Numbered from the stretch's first letter, positions 45,051 to 58,175 are shown. The stretch: DNA of 64,000 nt from the human T2T-CHM13v2.0 reference genome, Homo sapiens (GCF_009914755.1 NC_060929.1), one strand, 5' to 3'. Numbers and translations: made by a program. Notes: generated by a model not told the origin, from the sequence alone.

Positions 45051-47026
45051 TTTTTTAATCACAAAGAGGACACATTTTTTTAAATTGACAACTCAATCTC
45101 TACATACATACAGTATTGCATGAATTATAAGTGGATCCAACAATCATATTATTGATACAAACTCATGAGCATTTGCATAAAGCTATTGCTCTAGGTTTTG
45201 GTGTGTTTTGTGCCAGCTACTTTAGTGAATAAACTAAACATAAAGGAACTCAGCTACTTGAATTCATGAGAATCAGCTTTCAAAAAAAGCATATATATCA
45301 TCTCATAGAATACTTAATATGTCAAACCCAGGAAAATCAGTAACTAAGTGACAAAAGGAACACTTTTAAAGAAAAGTTGGTGATAAATATGTTAGGCTAA
45401 AATACTAAGAACTTTAGCAACTGGACCGAGGAACCAGAAAGTGTATGCACACTGGGAATTTTAACAAAAGATCCCCATGTTCTCCTGCACAGTGAGGACC
45501 ACATTCCAAAAGCAGAATTCTGGGTTGCTACAATGTCATCTCTCCTACAAACCACTGTTTCAAAGGTGAAAGAAACAAGAGGTAATTCACATAAAAAGGT
45601 TTTAAAATTCTTCCCACTCAAAATAAAATAAAAATAATATAACCTGTATCAAATTATAAAGAAATTCTATTAAAATGTTGACCACATAAAGCAGTCAGAC
45701 CATTTGCCTTCGCTGACTGCCTCAGAGGGCAGAGCATGTGTCACCTACAAGGAAGGGGAGAGAGGGGTAGAGTCCCTACTCTCCCCCGGCCTGTAGAGTC
45801 AGGGTGGAGAGGAGCCCTTTGGCTTCCCTGGGGTTTTGTTTCCTCACATAGGGAATTGAGGGAGGTGGGCTAGATGGCTTTAAGAGACTCCTCAACTAAA
45901 AGAATCAAAGTCAGCTTGAGATCCCATCTCTGAACAGACATATAGGGTGGCAAAAGAAATGGATTAAAAAACAGGTGGATGACGTCTTTCTCACCTTTTG
46001 ATACCATCACTCAGAACTAATCTGTACTATAGTTGAAGAAAATCTTTGCCTGGTACTATTAAAGGGTATACAATGAGGCAGCTGACAATGAAATTTTTCA
46101 TAAAAATGTATAAAAAGGCTATGTTAAGTTCGGGTGGAAAAAACAATGCACCACCATATTACTACCAGCAGTCAGGACGTCCTGTCTCGGATTTTAGGAG
46201 TCGCCGATCTGGTTGGGAGAAATGCTGAGGGAAGCTCAAGCCATTCAATAGCGATCTAAGGAGTGCACACAGTTCAGGAAAGGGATAAACAGGTGTCCAG
46301 GAAGGCAACTTTAATGAAACTGGTTCTAAAACAAAGGATGCAAGAGATCTAAATGATCCAAAAAGAGTGATGACTTCTCATTTTGTCCCCTACAGAGAAT
46401 ACAAATATCATTTCTTCCGGAATCCAACACACTGGCTTCATTTTCAAGATGTATCACTTTATTTTCCAGCACGTGACAGTCACATGATTTCTGCAGTGAG
46501 CCCCAAAGCTTCCACGAGCTTTCCTGGAACCTACGGCCAGAAGAGTCCTGAGATTTCGAATATTAAAGCTTTCTCCACAGCCACAAGTCCCTTTGATGTT
46601 TGGGTTATTGAACACAAACTCACTGGATAATTTGTCTTCAACATAGTCCATTTCTGTTCCTAAAAGTGTTAGCTGTGCTTTCTTTTCGATGAATACTCTG
46701 ACTCCATCTTGAATAACTTCTTCATCAGAATCTCCTTTTGTCTTTGTATATTCTAGAGTATAAGAAAGGCCATTACAGCCCCTGGTTCGGACACCAACTT
46801 TTACACCTACATGCTCAGGCTTATCTTTAAGAAGTTGTTTTATCTTGTTTACTGCTGAAGGTGTCAGGGTGAGGGCTGCCCGGGTGGGCTGCAGCTTCCT
46901 CTTGCTCACAGCCCGGGCAGTTGCCCGGACTAAGGAAGGCGACATTTTCGCCGTCCCGGCGCCCCGGTGCCTGGGGCCGGAGGTTGGCTGCCTCAGCCTC
47001 TCTCCACGGACACGGCGGGCGCATTG
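45051..47026 (-). pseudogene. ISCA1P1: Processed retrocopy of ISCA1 mRNA (5'UTR, CDS, about 1.5-kb 3'UTR, short poly-A remnant)
   Basis: Intronless ISCA1 CDS; perfect 14-bp TSD GTTTCCCAACTTTT (45037-45050 / 47027-47040) at an L1 endonuclease TT/AAAA site; T-run at 45047-45056. The P1 numbering is recollection, not shown by the sequence. Confidence 0.92.
46454..46945 (-). CDS. ISCA1: Open ISCA1-like ORF (163 aa): iron-sulfur cluster assembly A-type (HesB/IscA) domain plus 34-aa read-through tail; expression unproven
   Basis: ATG at 46945 in gcgaaaATGt context; MSPSLVRATARAVSKRKLQPTRAALTLTPSAV...RGCNGLSY...GTCGCGESFNI with all three cysteines; codon 130 is CGA (46558-46556). Confidence 0.6.
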   Translation of the reverse strand: MSPSLVRATARAVSKRKLQPTRAALTLTPSAVNKIKQLLKDKPEHVGVKVGVRTRGCNGLSYTLEYTKTKGDSDEEVIQDGVRVFIEKKAQLTLLGTEMDYVEDKLSSEFVFNNPNIKGTCGCGESFNIRNLRTLLAVGSRKARGSFGAHCRNHVTVTCWKIK

Positions 47027-47253
47027 GTTTCCCAACTTTTAAATTGTGCCTCTCATTAGCAAAATAGTTTGACAATGTCTCTCTCTAAAATGTGTGCATA
47101 TTCCTTTTTTCTTCAAATCATATACATATAGTATTGTTATTCTGTATATTAAATACTAAGAAAGTCTAATTTCTAATTTTTGAGATAAAAGTATGAACAG
47201 AAATTCTATTATTTTAAAATTTTCTGGAGTATGTAACTTCACTTTGGAAACTG
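47027..47253. mobile_element. Degenerate hAT-Charlie-like MITE whose left terminus was the retrocopy target
   Basis: Reconstructed empty site cattgtttcccaactttt resembles CAGTGTTTCCCAAACT; cactttggaaactg near 47240-47253 resembles the opposite end. Confidence 0.4.
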
Positions 47254-49718
47254 TAGTCCTATATTTCTGATTTGTAATAATTTTCCTGCTCTAATATTTC
47301 TTTGGGATACAACTTTTTTTCTGTCATTTGAACACCATGGAGCAGTGGCTCTCACCTGAGGGCAGAATCTGACGGCAGTTGCCTAAGAACTAGAGTTTAA
47401 AAAGGCCTGTCCGTGATCCTGATCCACCTCCCCCAGGACCACTGTATTCACCACCCAGCTACCCCATCTCATGAAGACGGTGACTAGTAGTAGCAACATG
47501 GCCTTAACATACCTTACCTGGGTAGCAAAATGGCATGACTAGCAATTTTTTATGCAGATTGTACTTGCCTAGATGTGGTAGAAAAACAGTGAGGCAGAAT
47601 AATAAAAAAAAATTTGTGTCCTACTGAAAAAAGCTTACATGAAAAACTTTTAAAAAGAAGGGGTTTACATCTGTGTGTATTTAATGCAATGGTCACTGTG
47701 CAATGCCACATGCAATTGTGTCTCTCTGTGAGCCAGGAGTTTTGCTGAGTATGTGTAAGTGGGTAAACTTAATGGTTATTTTGTAGCATCATTTTTTAAA
47801 TGTGGTGGGAGAATCTGTGATTTAAGGAGTTTTATGGCGAATCTCATTTTGTGATGTAAATAGTCATTTTTTGAGTATAAATCCAAATTTTTGTATGCTG
47901 TTGGCCTAATGAGTTCCCTATCATAGACAATATTAGGTGATGGCAGGGAGGTGGGACTCCAAGGCTTTCATTGTACATGTAAATTAGAATGGCTAATTGA
48001 AGCAGATATCCAGATAATTCAGACCAAACTCTCCCTTTTTGTTTGAAATATACTTGGCTGAGTTGTTTAAAAAAACAAAAAACAAAAAACAAATCTGTGC
48101 TTATTTTCTTAACCACGACCTCAGCAATCGTGAGCAAAATGTCTGAGGGAGTGTTCTAACAGGCCTAAGAGGAAGCTCTTAAAAGAGAGACCTGTGGTCA
48201 TATAGACTTGAGAAACACTTCCTACTTGTCCCTTCTTTTGGAGAGTCATCATGCATTACAGACTATGAAAAGTCCTGCACAAAGGAAAACTTTTGAACTT
48301 AGTTTAACCCAGTGTTTTCTAAACTTCTGTGACAGACAACCCTTTATTTACATAAAATTTGCTAGCTTACAGTCAAACTGGTGTTCTTTGAAAGTCCATT
48401 TTGAGAAATGCTGGTATAAATTAAAGCGGTATTTATATAGCCACAAGTGCTAAGAGTGCTAGTCAGTAATCCTAAGAAGCCAAGGATGATGGGGCATGAA
48501 TGTCCACAGTTTCATACTGCTGCCACTGGTAGTTTGAGGGATTTGCTAAGGGGATCCTCCAGGCAAACACTGAGTTTATAATGGTTAGGCTTTATCCCCA
48601 AAGAGAAAAATAACCACTTAGTGGGCTGAGATTGGCCCATTAGTTTTCCCAGAGTCTCTTTTTCTCCTGAGCATCTCCTCCCACCCCAAATTTTTGCAAC
48701 TTTTTAAGGGGATGAGAGGGATGGGGTGGAGCATCTTTTCCCAAGTGGAGAGATCCCAAGGGCTCTGTCATGCAACACCGGGAAAACAGAAAACGTTAAG
48801 TAGAGACAAAGCCTTGAGCTCCCCCTAGAGGTAAGTATCTGATCATCTCTACTGTGGCAAGACACGAAAATACCATTTGTTTTTTTTTAAGATTTACATA
48901 TCATGGACATCATTTAAAGTTCGATTTAAGAATCACCTGAATATTTTAGTTAAAAAGTAAAAGAGTAGTTATCTTTTAATATTAGTGCTTATTTGAGTTT
49001 AGATATTATTTTATAACTTACATTGTACCTCTCATCAGCGAAATAGTTTGAAACTGTCTCACTGTAAGTGTATATATTCTTTTTTCAAAATATGTACATG
49101 TAGTATTGTCATTCTGTATATTAAGTATTAAGAAAGTCTAATTTCCCTACAGCTGTTACAATGTTTACCAATAGCTACTCCTGTCTAAGGGCTATGAACT
49201 AGTCGGAATCTGCATGTTTTTGGTCAGAAACAGCCACATAGGGTCAGTACAGATGACCCAATCTGCAAATACTATGTCTTATGGAAACATAACTTTGGTT
49301 AATGTGACTTTTATGAGGATTTCGAATGCAAATTCTTCATCCTTATTCCCAAACTGAGCCACTGATGCACATTTATTTATTTATTTATTTCCTTTATTTA
49401 TTCACCTGTATTTGGTAAACAGCAGGCACTTCTCTCAAATGTTATGACATTAAGGGATGCCTTACGACATTCCCTTAGGGTGCCTATGACATTTGTGATT
49501 CTGTTAAGATCACTTTGGCATTATGGTTGGTCTAACTTTGTTCACGAATGTGTTGTGTTCTGTTTTTATGATGTTTATGACCAGAGATGAAAGTAGGCTG
49601 TGCTCAGAGAGCTGGTCCCTGTTTAGCCTATCTCCTCCCACATTGTGATTTGGAGAAAATCATTTTCTCCAAAAGTTTTTCAGGGCCTTGGCATTTTATT
49701 TATTAATCATGAGATGCT

Positions 49719-50025
<307 letters not shown>

Positions 50026-50529
50026 AATCATGAGACGCTACAATATCCAAAGGTGGACCCACACTCTTACTTATGCTAATGGAAGGGCAGTCCCACGTGG
50101 TAGCACATTGAGGCACATGTATCCTCAGGCGTGTGGGGAAGGTGCCGACGGGTCAGCAAAGTCACCATATGATTATAGCACGCCTCCCTAAAGGTTCATA
50201 TTTCTCAGAGATGTAGGAGGAGGCCGTATTGTTTTGACATTAAAACCAAGACAAATTTGCTTGGGAGCAAATTAAAAAGACATGGAGGTTTACCACAAAA
50301 CAAGAATGAATTTGGAAGCTTCCAACAGGCCCCAGGGCATACATTCACCGCTCTTTACAGTTAGTGGTGTTCCAATAGAAAGGCTTGAGAAGTGTTGCCT
50401 TGGGCCCCAGAGCCCGGGGTGACACCAGTGTGCCTGGAAGCCCACTCCAAGCTTGATCACAGCGTCATCTTCAAGCTCACTCGGGGTCACTGTACGTCTC
50501 TTCTCCCTACACGAGGGTTGTGGCATCTA

Positions 50530-50730
50530 TTACACCACTACTGTGTGCCAGGCTGGGTGCCAAGCCCTTTATATACATTTACTCTTTGCAGGGGTCCTAA
50601 GGTAAGAGCTGTTATCCCATTTTACAGATGACAAAACCAAGACACGAGGAATTGAAGTTTCTGTATTTGCCCTGTCAGTGAGTGCCTGAGGCAGAAACTG
50701 AATGCTTGGTCTGTTTAACTCTCCAGTGTG
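50530..50730 (-). mobile_element. MIR
   Basis: ctactgtgtgccaggc...cccattttacagatgacaaaac core. Confidence 0.65.
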
Positions 50731-50950
50731 CAGTTCCAGCTCCAACCCTGTGGGAATGCTGGCTAGGCTGCTTCCTAGCGGTGAAGCGATGGGAGCGCAG
50801 GAGCGGAGCGGAGGTGGGGAATCCCACTCCTCCCATTCCTAGCCTGAATTTTAAGGGCTGAGCAGTATCAGTGGTGGTGTACCATGATTGCATTATCAAT
50901 CTGCCTTTACAGAATCCAGGAGATATTCCACTGTGCACAGTTTGACGTAA

Positions 50951-51256
<306 letters not shown>

Positions 51257-52799
51257 TGATGTAAGTCTTATATTTCAAAGTTTTATCATTTTGCCGAGTC
51301 GTGGTGAGCACAGTACCATAATTCACTCTATGGCCCAAAAGAGGAGGTCCCAGATAAATAAAGTGCTTGGAGGTTTTTAGGTCGTTTGTGCTGCTAAGTC
51401 AGAAAATGGAGAATGAAGACAATTTAGCACAACTTAAGAAATATGAATCGGGTGCTCACTATACACTAGCACTGGGCCCTACAGCTAGAAGAGATAGACA
51501 TGCATACAAATCCCTTTTTTTTTTTTTTTTTTTTGCAGTTAAATGCTATGAGAAAGATAAAGTAATACCTTTTATCTTGGGTATTTTCTAGTTCATATTC
51601 TCAAAGAAGATCACTTCTTCTTTGATTTTGAGGGAGGTGGGCAGAGTATGCCCAGGTCAAGGTCCCTATCATTTGTTGGGGGCAGCATTGGACGACATCG
51701 TAGTTTCTTGGAGGTTCACAGTGGCTTTCTGTGGAGCAGGCACCAAGATTGAGGCAGTTCACGCATCACTTATTAAGACAAATTCCCTTTGTCTAGCACT
51801 GTGACTGTTGGCCTGATGAAGGGAAATTGTGAAAAATTTTGCTTGTTTCAGAATTTCAGCTTCCCGTTCTGGCCATCGCCTTGCCTCTGCTAATGTTATT
51901 TGTGTCCCAAGGTTTGAAATTATTTGGTTTATTAAGGGAGCCTGATATAAGGTGCTCCGTCAGTGTCATCTCATCTCCTAAATACTGCCCGCAGTTCCAG
52001 GAGGAAGGGATTTAATAGACTCTCGTTCCTTTAGGAAGCTTAATTTGAAATTCATTTGGGCACAGAAATTTTATGGGTACAATCAGATCCAGATATTGCT
52101 TAATGAAGTTCTAGGCAGATGTACAGTGAATGATCTGTGCCTACTCCAAATCCTCAGTTATGCTCCTCTGATATACCATTAACTTTTAGAAAACCTGAAT
52201 CTATGACCCAAATTCTAATTAATCCTAAGAATAATGAGGTACAAAGGCATTATTTTTTCCTTTTTTAAGTTTTCTTTCTCTTGCTAACAAAGAATTTTAA
52301 ATTGTGGCTCTAGCATTTAAGTGCATACATTTTGAATTTACAAAGTATGGAGAATAACATGAAATCATCAGCAGGTCAATGAATTAGATTTTATTTCTGT
52401 GTGTGTGGTAACATTAAACATCTATGGTACAACTTTCATTTATTCTTGTGTCAACTATTGCTTAGAGTAATTCAGTATCATAATCTATATTTAACTTATT
52501 CTACTTTATAAAGGACTTTAAAATAACATACATTATCTTCCATAACATATGCTATGACATTGGTATTATTATCCCCACTTCGTACTTGAGGACACTGAAA
52601 TTTAGGAAAGATTAGTTAACTTGCCTAATTTCACACAGTTGTGGTCCTAGGAAAGAAACATGTATTTTAATAGCCAGCCCAGGTTTTTTTTTTTCCATTA
52701 AATGATCAGATTCTCTGCTATTATGTTTTTGGTTTTAGTTAATAGACATATTGGTTGCTATTGACATTTGGCACATCTGGCTTGCTGTTCTTAATGACC

Positions 52800-53135
52800 A
52801 GTGGGCTCTGGGCACTCAAATATCGACCAGTGCCAGACAGCTAATGTCAATGAGTGTGGTGGGCTGGGTGTCAGAACAAGGAGTGGTGGGGACAATGGCA
52901 AATTGGAGAGTGTACACTCCATTTAAAAAAGGGTTCCCTTACCTATTCCCACTGGGCATGCTGGCCTGGTGTTGCAAAATATTCTAAAATTTTAAGAGGA
53001 GCCAGAGATCTGGATTTTGTGTGGAATCTCTCCATTCTAAGTGTTGGCAACCAAATTTTTTTTCCCTTTTAAATTCTGCAAGCCAAACAAAACCCATCTA
53101 TTAGGTGGATTCAGTTCATGACTGCTAGTTGTGAC
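52800..53135. mobile_element. MER102-like hAT-Charlie element
   Basis: gtgttgcaaaatattct...agccagagatctggattttgtgtggaatctc...gccaaacaaaac. Confidence 0.55.
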
Positions 53136-53607
53136 ATGGGCTTGCTTTTTACTTTTTTGGAGGTACATGTGAAGGAGGAGTGAGTGGGTGGGGTAAGGCC
53201 AGCATCACTTACTCGGGCTATAGATGGTTCTTTTCCTGAAGCCAGGAAGTCTGAGCAAAGCTGGGGAGCCTGTGGGTTTCCGGGCTGCTTAATGTGGGCT
53301 ATTCTGGGACTGCCTTCTTCTTCCAGAACTATCTGAAATGAGGGAGACTTCCTTATAATTAGGGGCTGACCACTGAGCTCCGTGGCATTGCCCACTCTCC
53401 AGTAGTTAGTTGAACTTTGTTTAGTATCTTTATTATTATTTCTTTGCTTCCTTCATTTCTTTCCTCTTCTTGGGAGATTTCATTTTCAGCTGCAATCAGT
53501 AACATTTGCAATGAAACTGAAAATCAACTGAAACTGTTGCAAATGAAACTGAAATGAGTAACATTTGCAATCTTCCGAGACAGAAGACTTTAGAAGAGGG
53601 TGAACTT

Positions 53608-54276
53608 TTTTTGTTGTTGTTATTGTTATTCTTTAAGTTCTGGGATACATGTGCAGAACATGCAGGTTTGTTACATAGGTATACGCCTGCCATGGTAGTT
53701 TGCTGTACCCATCAACCTGTCATCTATATTAGGTATTTCTCCTAATGCTATCCCTCCCCTAGCCCCCCACCCCCCGACAGGCGCCAGTGTGTGATATTCC
53801 CCTCCCTGTGTCCATGTGTTCTCATTGTTCGACTCTCACTTACGAGCGAGAACATGTGGTGTTTGGTTTTCTGTTCCTGTGTTAGTTTGCTGAGAATGAT
53901 GGTTTCTACCTTCATCCATGTCCCTACAAAGGACACGAACTCATCCTTTTTTATGACTGCATAGTATTCCACTGTATATATGTGCCACATTTTCTTTATC
54001 CAGTCTATCACTGATGGGCATTTGGGTTGGTTCCAAGCCTTTGCTATTGGGAATCGTGCTGCAGTAAACATACGTGTACATGTGTCTTTATAGTGGAATG
54101 ATTTATATTCCTTTGGGTATATACCCAGTAATGAGATTGCTGGGTCAAATGGTATTTTTGGCTCTAGATCCTTGAGGAATCACCACACTGTCTTCCATAA
54201 AGGCCGAATTAATTTACGTTCCCGCCAACAGTGTAAAAGCATTCCTATTTCTCCATATCCTCTCCAGCATCTGTTG
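53608..54276 (-). mobile_element. 5'-truncated L1PA7/8-like LINE-1
   Basis: Reverse L1 3' end; degenerate TSD TTAGAAGAGGnnnAACTT (53590-53607 / 54277-54294). Confidence 0.92.
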
Positions 54277-54734
54277 TTAGAAGAGGTCTAACTTGTTTTA
54301 AACTAGATTTCCTTTTGTTTGTGTGATCTATGGATTTTATTTATTCAGTTTCCTGTCCCTGCAAGCACAGAAAGTTGAAAACTAATTTGATTCAATTTTC
54401 CCAGATGCAATCTCATGTGTATTTTATGTTAGTTTTTAAGGTTTTTGAATTTTAACCAAACTCGGCACAAAGTGACTATGTTACTGTTATACGCCACATG
54501 CTCCGCTGCACAAATACATAAGCATTAGACTTAGGTTTTTCTCTATTGTAAAGAAATTCAGACCTTCTCTGAGTGTCTAATAAAATTCCATCTAGATTAA
54601 CATGTGCTTTTGACCAAGAGATTCTTTTACTGTATCAATGTAATGGTTTGAACATTTTTCATCTTTGGAGATATGATGAAAAGGTGGCAAAAGCATGTAA
54701 TGAAGAAGGTTCAGAAACTCTAGAATTAAAACCT

Positions 54735-55310
<576 letters not shown>

Positions 55311-56999
55311 TAGCATTGTTATCAAAGAATGATTTCTGCTTCAGGAGCTATGCAACAGAATAAGCAAAGAAAAGAGACTAGTTGGGGTGAGATGTGAATA
55401 TCACTCTGTGCAATTAAGATGGCGCAAGACCCTTGGCAGATAGAGCAGAAGCACACTGGTCATACTTAGCAGGACATCGAACGTCATGTACTTCCTAGGA
55501 CTGGTGTAGAATTAAACTGGGAATGCTGGCGACAGCCGCAAACTCCTCTTGCTTGCTGAGGAATGTATGGGTGTATAGTATGTGAGACTTTATGCCTTCA
55601 GCAGTTCATGACACTGGTGTTAAATGACCATTGGAGGAAACAGTGTCAAGTTTTACGATAAGGTGGAATATTGATTTCTGTAATGTTCTGCATGAATTTA
55701 ATGGCTGCTTTGTGTTTCAGTATATGAATGTGCCTTAATTTATTCAATCAGTTCTATTAAGAGATACTGAGAATTTAATATCTATATATTTTGATCTCCA
55801 ACAAGTTGTTGCCAAAGCTAGTCACTTTGAATTGGGCTTCACCATCTCTAGACTCTCGTTTGGATTTTAGTGTTTGGTATCACATTAGTCACAGTACATT
55901 GCATTTGTGAACAATAAAATCCAAATACTTCATCTTTGGCAACCAAAGCCTTCCATGATGTTCCATTTCAAGACATGGCTAGTTAACAAGATAGGTGCCA
56001 AGATCTGTAGTTGAACCTATTCTGGGTACTGTTTGTGCTGCCACACAAACTGCTGCTAAAATAGTTTGCTTCTAGAATGTAGACAACCTGCTGAAATCAA
56101 CATAACTGGGATATATGGAAGAATGAAGCTATTGTCTTAATACTTGTCCCTCTTGAATCAGCAACTAAATTATAGCTTTATCAGTCTTCACTGGTCAAGT
56201 GTTTGCTATCTGTGGATTGTTAAATGCTGACAAGTTTTAAAGCCTATAGTGGGACAGTTTATATGTATTTTGTTTATTGAGTGCATTTAATTTACACATT
56301 AACGAAGCTAAGTTAAAATATGTATTTTATGGCTGCTGTTTTTTTTCCTAATAGTTGTTAACATATGTAGGTAGCAAGATTAAAAAAACAAATAATTTAA
56401 AACTAATAACCTTGGAAGAAATTCCAGACTAGGTACATTTGGGATTGCCAGGAATGTTCTTTCATGATAAAGTTATTCAATTATCATCTCAGCCTTTGCT
56501 TCCTTATGGGATATTAGTGTAATTGATGTGATAACTTATTTAAGTTTGTGGTAAATAATTCAAATGGTCTAGAGTATGTAGGGAAAATAAATGCTTCTTA
56601 CTCCTTTGAGGGCTCTCTTTGAGGAACTCTGTATTGACGGATTTTTCTTTTATCTTTCTAGAAACTATGACTACAAATATATTTACTTATAGTCACATTG
56701 GCATCTATGAACCATATATTTATTATATTTAATGATAGACCTATTTAAAAACATCTGTCTTTGTTTTTCCATAAATGGGATGATAATGTTCTCAGTTCTC
56801 CTATAACTTACTTTTTTCACTGAATAGCACCTCTTTAACATATTTTTCCATTGTTATTATGGGATGACCAATAAGTGTACTCGTACTCGAAGTTCTATGT
56901 CTTTGGAAATATCTAGGTGTGAAAAATGGCTGAGGAGTGTGCTTGGACCCCACAACCCTATGTACAGGTGCTCTGCTATGGCTTCCTGGTAGACTGGGG

Positions 57000-57220
57000 G
57001 CTCCACTGTGAAAAAGCACAGTTGGAATCCAGTTCTCACCACATAATATCTGCTTGATCTTGAGGAAGCTACCTAACCTTTCTTTGCTTCAGTTTAGTTT
57101 AATTGTAAAATGGGGATAATAATACTCTTGTTTCCTAGGTTGTGAGGATTAAATATAATGTAAAGTAGTTAGCATAATTTCTGACACATGGTAAGTTCTC
57201 AATAAGTGTTATTATTGTTG
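57000..57220 (+). mobile_element. MIR
   Basis: tgtaaaatggggataataatac...ttgtgaggattaaat...acatggtaagttctcaataa. Confidence 0.75.
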
Positions 57221-57784
57221 AGCCTGAGGTGGGTTACAGCTTTGTATTTACTTTCTGAGAATTTAAATATGAAGTTATCTTCTATGCATATTAATATAGG
57301 TGTTCGTAAGCATGGGCCACTTAATTTTAAAAAAAAAGCTTTAAAAATCAAATTGGGCTAGTCTTAACATGTCAGTCAAATTTGAAAAGGTTCATTTTTA
57401 TGCAAATAAACTATCAATCTACTAATGAATTGTATACAAGTTGTATATAATATTTTATTTTACATATTCTGAAAGATGAGGAGAAATTATACCAGATTTT
57501 TAGAAGACTAAAAATTGAAAGAGGTAAAAAATTTTTTATGAAAAAAGTTAAAGATGCTGAGATTCATGAACCTAGTTAATAGAAGTTTAAGGGATGACTG
57601 CTATTTTCAACACTATGAAGTTTGGTAGAAAAAGGAGTATATATGGGAAAATAGAATCAGATTATCCCCTGGAGAGAGAAAAGGAAGAAACTGTGTAATG
57701 GATGCAACAGCTATCAGGAAAGGTTGAGGAGGCTTTGAGGTATATTTGGGTGTGTTTTTACACACACGTACACACTCACATACA

Positions 57785-57960
57785 TGCTTGCTCCTCCAGA
57801 TCTTCTCTGCCTTGCTGTACGCTGCTAGCCCTGTGTGCACTGTGCTCTCTGGCTTCCAGCTGGCCCAGTGGAGGTACCAGCTGGAGATTGGAGGGCAAGA
57901 GGAGAGTGAGGTCCAGATGTTCATTCTGCCGGCTTCCTCCTGGTGATTGTAATTGGTGTG
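57785..57960 (-). mobile_element. LTR33-like ERVL LTR fragment
   Basis: ctctggcttccag...ggagattggagggcaagaggagagtgaggtc motif. Confidence 0.5.
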
Positions 57961-57989
57961 GCTGCTGTTGTTGTCTATGACAGCTCTTG

Positions 57990-58175
57990 TTTATTTCCTC
58001 AGGGTCCTTCTATAGTTGTTTTGTTTATTTATTCATTGGTTCATTGTTTGTCCTATCAGAATGTAAGTCCCAAGAAAGTAGGGACCCTGTCTATGTTGTT
58101 CACATTAATATCTTCAGGCTAGCACAGTACTTGGGTCATAGTGGGTGCTCAATGAATAATTGTTCCATAAATGCA
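57990..58175 (+). mobile_element. L2 3' end
   Basis: agaatgtaagtcccaagaaagtagggacc...catagtgggtgctcaatgaata. Confidence 0.65.

Noticed and set aside
45051-47026. The functional parental ISCA1 gene
   Set aside because: Intronless, flanked by a TSD with a poly-A remnant; the parental gene is spliced.
46946-47035. 30-aa N-terminal extension in the 193-aa ORF call
   Set aside because: Its start is a TTG inside the target-site duplication; the homologous start is the ATG at 46945.
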